NCBI GenBank assembly: GCA_043228905.1
Contig: JBHGNT010000012.1
Coordinates: 9,424,001-9,488,000 of the forward strand
From: Azolla caroliniana
Taxonomy: Eukaryota > Plantae > Polypodiophyta
Length of the DNA stretch: 64,000 bases
Reading direction: 5' to 3'
Shown here: in pieces, positions 23,502-35,700 of the stretch
How positions within the stretch are numbered: the stretch's first letter is position 1
Layout of the letters: every line of letters starts with the position of its first letter
Notes under the pieces: model-generated
The model's database searches: none
The model's input: only the letters and a program-made list of their open reading frames with translations
Told to the model about the DNA's origin: nothing
Position numbers and translations under genes: made by a program

Positions 23502-26500
23502 TTACACATCCGTAGGTCTCTTCGGACCCTTACCGTTTTCCTTACGGGTTGCCGTGTCTTCCTTCGCCTCTGCTACTGGTTCCCCGTCGTCTTTTTCTTC
23601 CATCTGTACCGTTCCCGGTATAGTGCCGGTGAGCTGCATAAACGGGTTCTTTGGCATCGGTCCTTTATAGGGCTTTAGTCTAAATCCGTTCACCCACTTG
23701 CCTAGTACTTCACCGGCAAGTGTCCCTATCTGATAGGACCCGTTGTATTCCCGTGTCAGCCAATACGGGCCTGTCCATCTAAACCGGAGTTTACCCGGCA
23801 TCTTGCCCCTCCTTGTTTGGAATACTAGCACCGGTTTTCCGATTTCGAACATCTTTTCGTTACCTTTCCGGTGACGGTCAACGAACGCTTTCCGTCGTCG
23901 TTGCTCCAGTTCCATGTGTAGGATGCTGGCCAGCCGTTGCTCCTCCAGTTCGCATAGTGCTGCTAGCCGCATTTCCTCCGACTTCTTTTCATTCAGCCGT
24001 TCCCGTAGTTGGATCCGTAAGCTTGGTACCTGAAATTCCACCGGCATGACCGCTTCTAAGCCGAATGCTAACCGGAATGGCGTTGTCCGGATACTTGTCT
24101 TGTATGCCGTTCGGTACGCCCATAGCGCGCTATGGAGCTTTGTATCCCAGTCCATCCGGTTTTCATTGACGATTTTGCGGAGAATGTTCTGCAGCGTTTT
24201 GTTGGTGGACTCTGCTAACCCGTTCGCTTGTGGGTAGTACGGTGTGCTCCGTTTATGAACCACGGCATAGAACGTTGTTAAGCTTTCCACTACCTGGCCG
24301 AGGAAGTGCCCTCCTTGGTCGCTGATTAATTCAATCAGACATCCATATCGGCACCAAATGTTTTCGTACAGGAATTTTGCTGTGGATGACGCGGTATTGT
24401 CTCTCAAGGCCTTAGCCTCCACCCATTTAGTGCAATAATCCGTTGCCACGATGACATAACGGTTACCCGTTCTCATTGCCGGTGGCTTGAACGGTCCGAC
24501 AAAATCCAACCCCCACTTCTGGAATGGCTCTAGTGGAAGTACCGGTTGGTGTGGCATCCGTGCTTGCTCCGTAGGCTGGCCCATTCGTTGGCATAGGTCA
24601 CATTCCTTAACGTACTTCACGGCGTCTTTTAACGTCGTGGGCCACCACAAGCCGCTCTGCCATACTTTTCTTGCCGTCGCTTCCCCGGCGTAATGTCCTC
24701 CGGCAACCCCACAGTGTGCTTCCCGTAAGATTACTTCTTTCTCGTCACTACGGACTGCCCGTCTCCATATTCCATCTGCTCCCTTGTGGTAGAGAGTGTC
24801 CCGTAACAGACAGAAATTGCGGCTCTGCACCGCCAGTCGTTTTCTCTCGTCCCGGTTCATTTCCTCCGGTGGCAGGCCCGTGCTTAGGAACAGGTGCATG
24901 TTTGTCAGCCACCTATCTTCTGATGCCACCGTGTCGTCCGCTGCCGTTTCCGGGGTGATACGGAATAACTCTGCGTCCGGGAATTCATCCGCTACTCCGT
25001 CGCCTGATTCTCCGGACTCTAACCGGCTCAGATAGTCTGCTACGGCATGCTGGATACCGGGCCGGTGGAAGATCTCGAATTCGAACTCTTGCAACAGCAA
25101 GGTCCAACGGGCCAACTTACCGGTTAGGGACGCCTTGGACACTAAGTACAGGAGCGCCGAGTGATCCACATGAAATGAAAACTTCCTCCCCAATAGGTAA
25201 TGACGAAACTTTGTTACACTGTAGATCATGCCCAGGGCCTCCCGTTCCGTCGTTGAATAGTTCTTCTCCGCTTGGGACAGCTTCCGGCTGGCGTAATATA
25301 CCGGCCGGTACCATTTGGGCTCCGTAAGTTGCATTAAGGCGCTGCCGATAGCGATGTCGGAAGCGTCAACGAACACATGAAATTCCTTGCTCCAATCCGG
25401 AGGTTGGACGACGGGTGCTTGCGACAAAAGTACCTTCAGGGCGTTGTATGCCTTGTCCTCCGTATCCGTCCATTGGAACGGTGTCCGGTGTACCGCGGTG
25501 TGTAATGGTGTAGCCAAGTCAGCCAAGTGACGGAGCATCCGGCTGTGCCACCGGATCTGTCCTAAGAATCGGCTTAGTGCTTTGGCCGTTTTCGGTGCCG
25601 GTGCCCCTAGTATCGCGTTTACTTTGTCGGGGTCGACCGCAATGCCCTCCTTACTTACAATGTGTCCCAGCAATATTCCACTTGAAACTCCAAAGATGCA
25701 TTTTGCTGGGTTTAAGCTTAGCCGGTATAACCTACACTTTTCAAGGCATAACCGTAGGTGCTGCAAATGGTCTTTTCCCCGGCTATAGACTGCAAAATCA
25801 TTCAGGAAAACCTGCATGAAGGCAGGAATGTATTCGCCGAAGATCTCCATGATGATTCGCTGGAAAGTTGCTGGTGCCGTTTTTAGGCCAAACATCATTA
25901 CTTCGGCCACAAACACCCCCCATTCGGTGACGAACGCTGTCTTCTCCTGGTCGTCGGGGTGCATCCGGATTTGATTGTATCCGCTGAAGCCGTCTAAAAA
26001 GCTATAAACTTCATGGCCGGCGACGGCATCCAGTACTCCATCCGTGAACGGAAGAGGGAATGCATCCGTAATTGTGGCGGCATTTAGTTTCCTGTAATCT
26101 ACACACACGCGGATTTTACCATTCTTCTTGGGTACGACGACGATGGGGCTCAACCACGTCGCTTTCTTTACCGGCCGGATGAAGCCCACTCTTAGGAGTT
26201 TGTCGATTTCCTCCTTCACTTTGGCGGCGTAGTTGGGGTTCATTCGGTAATGTCTTTGCGCCACTGGTTTCGCGTCCTTGCCTAAGTGGATCTGATGCTG
26301 ATATAGTTGAGGGTTCAGCCCTCGCATGTCTTCGTATGACCAGGCGAATACGTCGCGAAACTCCGTGAGAAGTTTGATCATCGCCGCTTTATCTTCCGGC
26401 TTCATTTCTTTGGCGATGTGTACCGGCTTTGATTCGTCCTTGCTTCCTAGGTTCACTTCGTCGAGCTGGGATGCTTTTACCCGTTGGGAAACGGCCATTT

Positions 26501-29360
26501 CCCGTTCCAACGCTTCCTGTGCTTGCCGTAATTCCCGAATCGCATCTTTGTCCGGTTCGGCTTCGGTTTCGTCCCGCTGCGGCAAGTATGGCGCTACGGC
26601 TTCAGCCACGTCTATCTCGAAGAGTGGTACGATCTTCGGGTGTTCCTCCAAGTACTGGGCTTCTTCGTCGTCTGCCAACCCTTCCAGCATGTTCACGCAT
26701 TCCGCATATAGCGGTGTGCATTCCTTACCGTTGCTCGTCCGTGGTTGTGTCGGAACCCGGACCTTGGCTTTTCCACGCCGGAAGGTAATCATATTTTTCC
26801 GCCAATTTTGCTTGATGTGTGCTGTTTTCAACCATGGTCTGCCCAGCAACAGTGGGTACGCGCCTTGCGTCTGTAGCTGCAGCACTACAGCCGAGATGTG
26901 AAATGTGTGACCTCCTATGGTGACTTCCAATTTCCGTATTAAGCCCGTCGGCCGTACAGAGCTCGTATCCGCCATCCGTAGCCAGAACGGACATGGCTCC
27001 CATTCATGTATACCCAAGGCATTACACGTGTGGAGGCTTATTACGTTCACCCCGGAACCTCCATCGATTACTGTGCCGGGAAGTTCGTGCCCTTTGACAA
27101 TAGCTGTAATCACCGGACTACTAGTGTCCACCACCGTCGGTCCCTCCTCCGGATTCGAGAAAAGGACTGGTGCCGGTGGGGCTATACCGTCTGTCCTGCC
27201 CGTTTTTAGTCCTTCCGTAAATCGCGGCACGAGCTGCAAGAGTCGTCCTAACGGCAACGTGATCTGACATTCTTGCAGTGCTTGCCATGTCTCGTTTTCT
27301 GGGTGGCTACCGCCGGCACTCCCTATGGTATTCGCCTTTTGCCGTTCCGCGTCCGCAACGTTCCTTTCATTGGCTTCCTTCACCCATTCCGTCGCTTGTT
27401 TTCGTATGGCCTCTTGTGTTTCCCATTCTTTGGCCATGCCTTTCGACCGTGTGGTTACTTGCTGTATATCCGCCACTTCCGGAACCACCATATTAACTGC
27501 TGGTCGTTTCTCGTAGCTCTTTACCGGGCACTGGTTACTGTAGTGGCCTTCCTGCCTGCAGTAGTAGCAGTACTCTTTACGGGTATTGCTGGTTTCAGCA
27601 TTGCTGGTAGCCGGAGTCGGTCCCGTAGTGAGTGGTGCGTTCTGTGCCGGTTGGCTCCTTAGGGTTCCATGTTCCGGGTCCCTAGTGTGACCACCTTTCT
27701 TGAAATTCCGTTTCTTATTATTCCTATTTTTATTTCGGTAGTCCGGTCGTGGTGGATCGTAAAATCGGTCGTAGTCCTCCTGGTGCCTTCGGTAACCAGG
27801 GGAATGGTCTCTGTCGTATTGCTCGTGTCGTCTGTTGGACTCCCGATAGCGGTCCGATCGCTCATACCGGTCGTAGTTATCATTCCGATTCCCGTACCGG
27901 CCATCATTCTCTTGTCTGTCTCCGTACCAGACATCCTGTGCCGGTCGGTACCGGTTCATTTTTTGCCAACGATCTTCATCTTCGTCTCGGTTGCTTCTTG
28001 GCTCGATCCGTCGGACGGGTGGTGCTTGTCGGTTTAACAGGTTATACTCGCACCGGTCCGTTGTATGACTCTTGGATTGACAAATCACACACTGGGTTCG
28101 CATGGTGCACTCCACTGCCGAGTGTCCGGCATTCAAGCAGATTGTGCATTGAATTGTCTGCCGGAACCGGAGATCTTCATCTGTGGGTAACGCCCGTTGC
28201 AGTGCTCCCAGTGTAAGCCATGAGCTTGACTTTTCCATTTCTCTGACCCGGTCAATGACCTGGTCGATGGTGCATCCTCGAAAGTCGATCACCGTACACA
28301 CCGTGCGTAACGGTTCCCGGAGTGCGTTTAAAAATATCGTCCGTAGTTCCTCCTCCGGGGGTGCACGGGCAAGCTGGCTATGCATTCGTTGGAAACGGAT
28401 GACGAATTGGGGAATGCTTTCCCCTACCTCCTGTCGGATCGTATAAAACAGGCCCACCATTGTCGTCTGGTCGACCTCCTTGTGGAAAAAATGCAAGAAT
28501 TTTGCTTTTAATTCTGCAAAGGTTGTGATGGTCGCCGGGTCCTGCGTCCGCCGCCATCGTGTCGCCGGTCCCTCCAACGTGACTCCGAATTCCGCTATCT
28601 TCGAGCGTTCTTCTTCCTCCGGTGTCATTCGCTGGGACGTGTGATTTGCTTCCCATGTCTGCTCGAAGTCATGAACATGCGCTTCCGCGTCCGGATCATC
28701 GCGATATTTTGAGTATTGGAACGGCATGTCGTCGTCCAGTATTAGGCCGCGGTTTAGTGGCGTTTGTTGATATCTTTCCGGTTTTCTCTCCGGTTCCACT
28801 TCCGGTTGTTTTGCCGGTGCTTTTTCCGGTTCCTTTTCCGGTTCTTTCACCGGCTCTTCTTCCGGTACCTTTGCCGGCTCTTTCGTTGGTGTCGGTGGCT
28901 TTGCTTCTGCAACTTCCGGTGTTGGTGGGTTGACGGCTTCCGTTTGCGGTTCCGGATAGCCCTGGTCGAGCAGTTCCGGTTCTGGAGTCGGCACGATATC
29001 CGACCCGTCGTCCTCCGGGCCGCCGGGAGTATCGTTGTTGCTCCTGTAATTCGTGTGCACGCTGTATCCCCCTTCGGAATCCGATTCGTAGGCTGAAAAG
29101 GCTTCTGCCTCGTTTTCTCCGCCTGCCAGCGCCTCGAGGAGGCGTTCGGTTTCCCGAAGACTACTTAGACTGCTTCCGTCGTCCTGGTCGCGAGTTTGCC
29201 GTAACCGAAGAGATTCCTCCGCGACTCTCCGGATCTCGTTGGAGAACGAACGATCCGAGCGAATTTCCTGCGCTGCTTGCTGGAAAGTCTCACACCGTCT
29301 TTGCCGTTCGGCGAGGCGTCGAGCTCGGTTTGTAACCAAGTCGTGTGTTGGTCTAGTCAT
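23502..29360 (-). CDS. Gag-Pol polyprotein (gag with three CCHC knuckles, aspartic protease, RT, RNase H, integrase), 1952 aa
   Basis: Uninterrupted ORF; IDGGS protease, RVCVDYRKLN and FLNDF RT, VDASD RNase H, HHCC/DDE integrase, WTGPY; Gypsy domain order; no chromodomain seen. Confidence 0.95.
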   Translation of the reverse strand: MTRPTHDLVTNRARRLAERQRRCETFQQAAQEIRSDRSFSNEIRRVAEESLRLRQTRDQDDGSSLSSLRETERLLEALAGGENEAEAFSAYESDSEGGYSVHTNYRSNNDTPGGPEDDGSDIVPTPEPELLDQGYPEPQTEAVNPPTPEVAEAKPPTPTKEPAKVPEEEPVKEPEKEPEKAPAKQPEVEPERKPERYQQTPLNRGLILDDDMPFQYSKYRDDPDAEAHVHDFEQTWEANHTSQRMTPEEEERSKIAEFGVTLEGPATRWRRTQDPATITTFAELKAKFLHFFHKEVDQTTMVGLFYTIRQEVGESIPQFVIRFQRMHSQLARAPPEEELRTIFLNALREPLRTVCTVIDFRGCTIDQVIDRVREMEKSSSWLTLGALQRALPTDEDLRFRQTIQCTICLNAGHSAVECTMRTQCVICQSKSHTTDRCEYNLLNRQAPPVRRIEPRSNRDEDEDRWQKMNRYRPAQDVWYGDRQENDGRYGNRNDNYDRYERSDRYRESNRRHEQYDRDHSPGYRRHQEDYDRFYDPPRPDYRNKNRNNKKRNFKKGGHTRDPEHGTLRSQPAQNAPLTTGPTPATSNAETSNTRKEYCYYCRQEGHYSNQCPVKSYEKRPAVNMVVPEVADIQQVTTRSKGMAKEWETQEAIRKQATEWVKEANERNVADAERQKANTIGSAGGSHPENETWQALQECQITLPLGRLLQLVPRFTEGLKTGRTDGIAPPAPVLFSNPEEGPTVVDTSSPVITAIVKGHELPGTVIDGGSGVNVISLHTCNALGIHEWEPCPFWLRMADTSSVRPTGLIRKLEVTIGGHTFHISAVVLQLQTQGAYPLLLGRPWLKTAHIKQNWRKNMITFRRGKAKVRVPTQPRTSNGKECTPLYAECVNMLEGLADDEEAQYLEEHPKIVPLFEIDVAEAVAPYLPQRDETEAEPDKDAIRELRQAQEALEREMAVSQRVKASQLDEVNLGSKDESKPVHIAKEMKPEDKAAMIKLLTEFRDVFAWSYEDMRGLNPQLYQHQIHLGKDAKPVAQRHYRMNPNYAAKVKEEIDKLLRVGFIRPVKKATWLSPIVVVPKKNGKIRVCVDYRKLNAATITDAFPLPFTDGVLDAVAGHEVYSFLDGFSGYNQIRMHPDDQEKTAFVTEWGVFVAEVMMFGLKTAPATFQRIIMEIFGEYIPAFMQVFLNDFAVYSRGKDHLQHLRLCLEKCRLYRLSLNPAKCIFGVSSGILLGHIVSKEGIAVDPDKVNAILGAPAPKTAKALSRFLGQIRWHSRMLRHLADLATPLHTAVHRTPFQWTDTEDKAYNALKVLLSQAPVVQPPDWSKEFHVFVDASDIAIGSALMQLTEPKWYRPVYYASRKLSQAEKNYSTTEREALGMIYSVTKFRHYLLGRKFSFHVDHSALLYLVSKASLTGKLARWTLLLQEFEFEIFHRPGIQHAVADYLSRLESGESGDGVADEFPDAELFRITPETAADDTVASEDRWLTNMHLFLSTGLPPEEMNRDERKRLAVQSRNFCLLRDTLYHKGADGIWRRAVRSDEKEVILREAHCGVAGGHYAGEATARKVWQSGLWWPTTLKDAVKYVKECDLCQRMGQPTEQARMPHQPVLPLEPFQKWGLDFVGPFKPPAMRTGNRYVIVATDYCTKWVEAKALRDNTASSTAKFLYENIWCRYGCLIELISDQGGHFLGQVVESLTTFYAVVHKRSTPYYPQANGLAESTNKTLQNILRKIVNENRMDWDTKLHSALWAYRTAYKTSIRTTPFRLAFGLEAVMPVEFQVPSLRIQLRERLNEKKSEEMRLAALCELEEQRLASILHMELEQRRRKAFVDRHRKGNEKMFEIGKPVLVFQTRRGKMPGKLRFRWTGPYWLTREYNGSYQIGTLAGEVLGKWVNGFRLKPYKGPMPKNPFMQLTGTIPGTVQMEEKDDGEPVAEAKEDTATRKENGKGPKRPTDV

Positions 29361-32300
29361 CCATTACCGTCGTTCGCTGCGAGAAAGCAGGAATCGTGGT
29401 CGCCAAAACTGTGTTATTCGCTTAGCCGGACAAGGCCTAACACAAGGTGTCACGGAGACACTTCACCAAAGGGTGATTACGGCATAGAATTAAGATTCAA
29501 CGATTACACCAACTTACGTAGGTTACACGATTAGAATGCTTTGGTTAATTACACGCGTAAGATATAACAGTAATTACAGAACGGAAATCAACACAGAAGT
29601 ATAAACATCATAAGCTCTATTAATTATCCGCTGTGATTACAATGGGGTCCGGGCCTTTAAATAGGTTTCCGGCCCGTAGTACAAAACGGTGCCTCTCGCA
29701 CCTATTCGGGATCCGTCCGGATGTTGAACGGCATACCGTTTCCAGTCCGTCCGTCCACACTATGCTCATTTACAACTATATTTAATTAATTCCTTCACTC
29801 CGTATTTTGGACTCCTTGCCGGCCGGTAACACTTGGCTTTTGTGGACGAGGAGTGCTCAAGTAGCTTGGTTATCTTTTGCTTTTTCGGTGATGAGCGCAA
29901 TTGTCTACTCATAGTGTGTGGTGAGCTAAGCTACAGTTTCGTCCATGTCCTGTCGCCAAGCATCCCGATGTTGTTCTCTAGCAGCGATGTGCTCGGTTTG
30001 CAACTGGTGATACGCATCAGAAATTTTTGCCCTTTGCTCTTCCGAGATCCTCCACTTTTGCATATGTTCGTTGGCCATGTCTTGTAAGGCTCTTTGATGA
30101 CGTCGTAATTCCTGGTTGTCTGTGAAGAGCTCTTGTTCACGTTGGCTATTCCGCTCAACTTCTTTGATGAAATGTTCTTTGGCCTCGGTGATAGAGACCT
30201 GGAGGGTCATCACCTCTCGTTCTCGTTCTTCAAGCGCGGCCAACCTTTCAGCAAACAATTGCTTGAGGTCCGCTTCGCGGCTCGCGGCTTGTTCCCGTAG
30301 TTGGCCAAGAATGTTGTTGTGGTTCTATTCCGCCAACTCGGCCAGAGCGATCTAGGCCTTAAGCTCCTCCTGGTAGTCCCGAAGGGGAGGCCCTATCTGG
30401 GTTGCCGCTTGCTGGATTCGAGGAGAGGGTTCCCTGTTTGTCTGTGTAGATTGTTCCATAACGACCGGGGGTGGTGGCATTTGCGTGGAGGCTTGGGTGG
30501 TTTGGGGGTGCGGGCTGATATCTGCCTGTGACGATGGCTCACTTGTATGTATCGATTCCATCATTGTGTTGGCATCGATCATGGCTACCCTGGGGTGGGC
30601 GGTGTCGTCTTTGTGTGCGTCGGTACCTTCAGCACTTGGGTTCGGGTTCGGAAGAGTGGCTGGTGAGACAGCGTCACTCAGCGTAGGGAGGCTTAAGGGC
30701 GGTTGTTCTGGATGTGGCCGCTTGAATGTTGCCAGTTTCTCCTCGACAACTTGCCATAGCTTGGTAGCCCGTTTGGCTTGTTGATGCGCCGTTTTGATAC
30801 GTCGGGCCATGTCATTGGTTGCTCAAGTAGTGTGGTGCAGATTGCGATATGCCTCAACTAAGGCCATGTTCAGATTTGGTAGTTCCATGAGGAGCGAAGC
30901 ATTCTGTGCTTGCTTCTTCCGTCCTATCTTCTGTAAGGCTCGATCCTCGTGAGGTTCGATTTCACCCATTAGAGTGCGTTGAATCATCTTTGTTTTGGCG
31001 TGCACCTCGGCCATACGAGCGGGGCAACTACTTGGCATGCGCAAGGAAATCCATTAACTCATATGTTGTGCCCAGTCAAAGTAGTCCACTGAACTCGTAT
31101 GCCTCCGCGGGGAGATCTTTGTAACCGAGGACTTCCTCCTCTGATATCTGCGTGGTTTGTCCATGCTCGATCCTACCGACTTGGAGCCATGACTCCGCTG
31201 GTACCATGGCCGTGGAGGTTGGGTTGTCCTCTTTTGGTTTCTAATGATGGTCGCCCTCGGTTTCTGTGGTTGCCTCTCGAATGATGCGGCGTCTTTTTGG
31301 CGGTTGATCTCGTGCGTCCGGGGCCGGTGGTGTTGGCTCCTCGGCCTGTTTCCTCTTTTGTTGCCGGATGGCCAAGGGTTGCTGGCTTGTGGGCCGTGGG
31401 CTCGGTTGTGGAGAGTTCATTGATATCCTTGGTGGTTTCGGGCGTATAGTGACATCCTTGGGGATGGGCTCCTCGTCCTCGTCCCATTTGACACGGGTCA
31501 TTGTTACTGCTCGTTGTTTCTGTGGTTTTGGTGGGGGTGGTGCCGAGGCGGAAGTGGGGTTCCGAACGCCTGAGGGAGGTGGAGAAGGCGAGGGGTCTTC
31601 CCATTCTTCCTAGTTTAATGCCAAGATCTTCTCGCGTTGTTTCCTTGGTGGTGGTGGAGAGGTCAGGATGCGACGAGGGGAAACCGAAGGAGGTGGGTAG
31701 AGGACTGTGAGGAAGTGATTGATCACAGGCAGCAACCGCTTACCGGTTTGAAAGGATTCGAGCGCCGCGCGGACTCCTTCGCCAGTGATGATTCCCCAAT
31801 CGATTTTGTCGCCTTCATACGCCCGGATGATGATAGCAGCCTTGTTCTGTGGCATACTCGTGGGATTGGTGTGCACAAAGTCGTATTCCATCAAAATGCG
31901 AGCGATCTCCCCAAAAGTTTTGTTTGGCCCTCCGTAAGTGCGGTAAGCTTTGCCCGACATCAAATACATCCTAAAATATTCCTTGATGATCGAGTGGGGA
32001 GGGATTTCGACCTCATCGTCTCCACCCCGCGCAAGGTCCAGAGCCGATCGAATCATGTTGTTGGATACTGTGTCAGGGTGGATTCTATGTGCTATGGTTT
32101 GGGCGTCAGGGTGTGCAAGGGCATCGATCACCTTTAAATAACCACCTAATCCTCATTCCTGAAGCCAAGTGTGGGTTTCCTATGAAGCTGCAAGAGGCAT
32201 AATGGACTCGGGGTTCTGCTCTATGGAAGATTGGGGAAGGAGGATGAGATCAGGCCGAGATAGAGTGAGGGAAGGAAATGGTTGTGGTGCGGTAGAGGCG

Positions 32301-32729
32301 CTACAAGGACAAGAGAGGGCTTGTGAGCAAGAGCGGTGGGAGCGATGAAAGCGCTGAGATCGAGAGGAGGCTTGAGAGCGTGGGAGCAATGGAGGTTGGG
32401 TGTGCAAGAAAGCGTTTGTGTGTGGGGTGTGCTTGGGGTAACTGTTTTTTATCGAACGCCTAGGGTTTTGTGCATGAAGAGGAGCCTGGAGATTCTTGGT
32501 CGTGGATGCCATAATAGGATATTATGGCCACGTGTCCTAGGGAGTTAGTGTTGTGCCTTGGGTGTTGTGCATGTGCCTTAAATACTTAAGTGAATGTGAA
32601 AGTGACTAGTGTGTGCCTCTAAACATGATGTGATTTGGGTGATGTGCTAGGTGGTTTAGGTGGAACTAACTAATTGTTAAAACTATGCCTAATCCTACCT
32701 AATGTACGCTTTGGAATGTTGGTGGGTTC

Positions 32730-35700
32730 TTACCGAGGGGGACGCGGGGCCTCCTTCGTGGCATTGTCCGTGCCGTGAGACTCGAGGAAAGGGTTGGTTG
32801 GGGTATTTCCCTGGTACAGTCGCAGTCGGAATCCATTCACCCAGCTTTTGACAATTTCCCCGGCGAGGGTGCCGAGCTGGAACGTGCCGTTAAACTCGTC
32901 CATAATCCAGAAGGGGCCGGTCCATCGAAATCGTAACTTCCCTGGCATGGCACCGAGTCGTGTCTGGAAAACGAGGACCGGTTTGCCGGTGGTCAATTCT
33001 TGTTCCAATCCTTTCCGATGTCGGTCCACAAAGGCTTTCCGTTGTCGTTGGCGTTGTTCAAGTTGGCCCATGCTCGCTACTCGGTCCTCGCCAAGTTCGA
33101 GGAGTTGTTCCAGCCTAAATTGTTCGGATTGGACCTCGGGGAGCCTTGCTTTAACTTGAACTCGGAGACTCGGAACTTGGAACTCAATGGGCATAACGGC
33201 TTCGAGACCAAAAGCCATCCGAAAGGGGGTGGATTGAATGCTCGTTTTGAATGTAGTGCGATAAGCCCATAGTGCACTCTGGAGCTTGTCATCCCAATCG
33301 GTTCAGTTCTCGTTGACGATCTTCTTTAGTATTGTTTGGAGAATTTTGTTAGTCGATTCTGCCAATCCGTTTGCATGCGGGTAGTATGGTGTACTTTTCT
33401 TATGTACAACCGCGCAGTGTGTCGTAAGCTCACATATTATATTGTTTATAAAGTGCCCACCTTGGTCACTAACGAGTTCTATTGGGCATTCATAACGGCA
33501 CCATAGATGTTTGTACACGAATTTGGCCGTGGATGTTGTCGTGTTGTCTCGTAAAGCCTTTACCTCAACCCATTTTGTGCAATAGTCCATGGCCACGATG
33601 ATATACTTATTACCGGTTCGGGCCGTGGCTGGTTTGAATGGTCCCACAAAATCTAACCCCCATTTTTGAAATGGTTCCAATGGAAGAATGGGTTGGTGTG
33701 GCATTCGAGCTTGTTCCATCGGTTGTCCCAACTGTTGGCACAAGTTGCACTGCCGACAGAACTCGTGGGCATTCTTTTTCGTTGTAGGCCACCATAACCC
33801 ACTTTGCCATACTTTCCTTGCCGTGGACTCTCCGGCGTAGTGTCCACCGGCGATTCCTAGGTGGGCCTCTTGGAGTATGGCCTTCTTCTTGAATTGTCGA
33901 ATTGCCCGGCGCCATATTCCGTCCGAGCCTTTGTGGTAGAGGATGTCGGAAACGAGACAAAAGTTTCGGCTTCGTACTACGAGCCGTTTCCGCGCATCAA
34001 GGGGCATGTGGTCATGAGGCAGGCCAGTACTAAGGAAATTGGTCATCTCCGTGATCCATTCATCTTCTTTGTCATCTGGTAGCGTTGTGAGATTAAATAG
34101 GCCGGCATCGGGTAAATCGTCATACATGGACTCGGTAGGGTCCCCTGACTTGAGGCAGCTTAGGTAGTCAACGACGGCGAGTTGGACTCCGGGTCGATGT
34201 TGAATATGAAAATCAAACTCTTGTAATAGGAGCATCCATCGAGCCAGTTGACCTATCAAGGCTTGTTTATTGACCAAGTAAAGGAGGGCCGAGTGATCGA
34301 CGTGACATGTGAATTTTCGGCCTAAGAGGTAATGCCGAAATTTACTGATGTTGTAGGTCATACCGAGGGCCTCTCATTCGGTGGTTGAATAGTTCTTTTC
34401 TGTGGCCGAGAGACGTCGGCTAGCATAATACACTGGCCAATACCAATTTGGGGGCGTGCATTGCATAAGTGCGCTCCCGATAGCGATATCTGATACGTCC
34501 ACGAAGATGTGAAAAGGTTCTGACCATATCGGGGGATGTACAACTGGGGCATGCGAGAGCATTAATTTCAAAGCTTGGTAAGCCTCGTCCTCGATGGAAG
34601 TCCATTGAAAGGGAAGTCGATGCACCGCCGCATGTAGTGGTGTCGCGAAATCGGCCAGGTGGTGTATCATCCGGCTCTGCATCTTATTTGTCCCAGAAAT
34701 CGGCTGAGGGCCTTTGCGTTCGAGGGTGCGGGGGCGTTTAGGATGGCTTGTACTTTATCCGGGTCCATGGCGATACCTTCTTGATCGACGATGTGCCCGA
34801 GTAGGTTGCCGCTTGTGACCAAGAACGCGCATTTTGCCGGGTTTAAACTTAACCGAGCCTGGCGACATCGACCAAGACAGAGACGTAACTGGGTCATGTA
34901 TTCTAGTCGCTGGCCATACACGGAGAAGTCGTCGAGAAAGACTTGCATGAACGTTGGGATATATTCGTTAAAAATTTCGGTGATGATGCACTGGAACGTG
35001 GCAGGCGTCGTTTTCAAACCGACCATCATTACTTCTGCCACGAAAACACCCCATTCCGTGACAAATGTTGTTTTTTCCTGATCATCCGGGTGCATTTTGA
35101 TTTGGTTGTAGCCACTGAACCCGTCTAGAAAGTTGTAGCATTCGTAACTTGCCACCGTGTCGAGAAGTTATCCGTGAACGGGAGAGGGAATCCATCTGTG
35201 ACTGTTGCAGCATTAAGCTTGCGGTAGTCGACGCAGACTCGGATTTTCTCATTTTTCTTGGGGACGACTACGATTGGGCTTAACCATGTGGCGCATTTTA
35301 CAGGTCGTATGTACCCGACTCGGAGGAGCTTGTCTATTTCTTCCTTGACCTTAGTCGCATAATTGGGGTTTATCCGGTAGCGTCTTTGCTGAACCGGCCG
35401 AGCGTCAGGGAGAAGATGGATCTGGTGTTGGTATTATTGAGGGTCCAAACCCTTCATATCCGTGTAAGACCATGTGAATACATCCTGGTAATCGGTGAGT
35501 AAGCGTATGAGGGCTACTCGTTTGCCGGCTGGTAAGTTATTAGCAATCTGCAGGGTGCGAGGGTTCTCGTCCAAACCGAGGTTCAGTGTTTCGAGCGTTG
35601 ATGCCTTCACTCGTTGGGAGATGGCGAGTTCACGTTCAAAAGTGTCCCGAGCGTGTCGTAATTCTACGATGGTCGTGGGATCAATCTCGTCCTGGGGAGG

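Larger units (their letters stand above)
20017..29831 (-). mobile_element. Complete young Gypsy element B1: LTRs 20017-20436 and 29412-29831 (420 bp), TSD CTTGG
   Basis: About 3 mismatches between LTRs by eye; TSD at 20012-20016 and 29832-29836; PBS TGGCGACCAC at 29396-29405. Confidence 0.95.

Noticed and set aside
23813-29096. Many short antisense ORFs over gag-pol
   Set aside because: Shadow ORFs of a GC-rich coding strand
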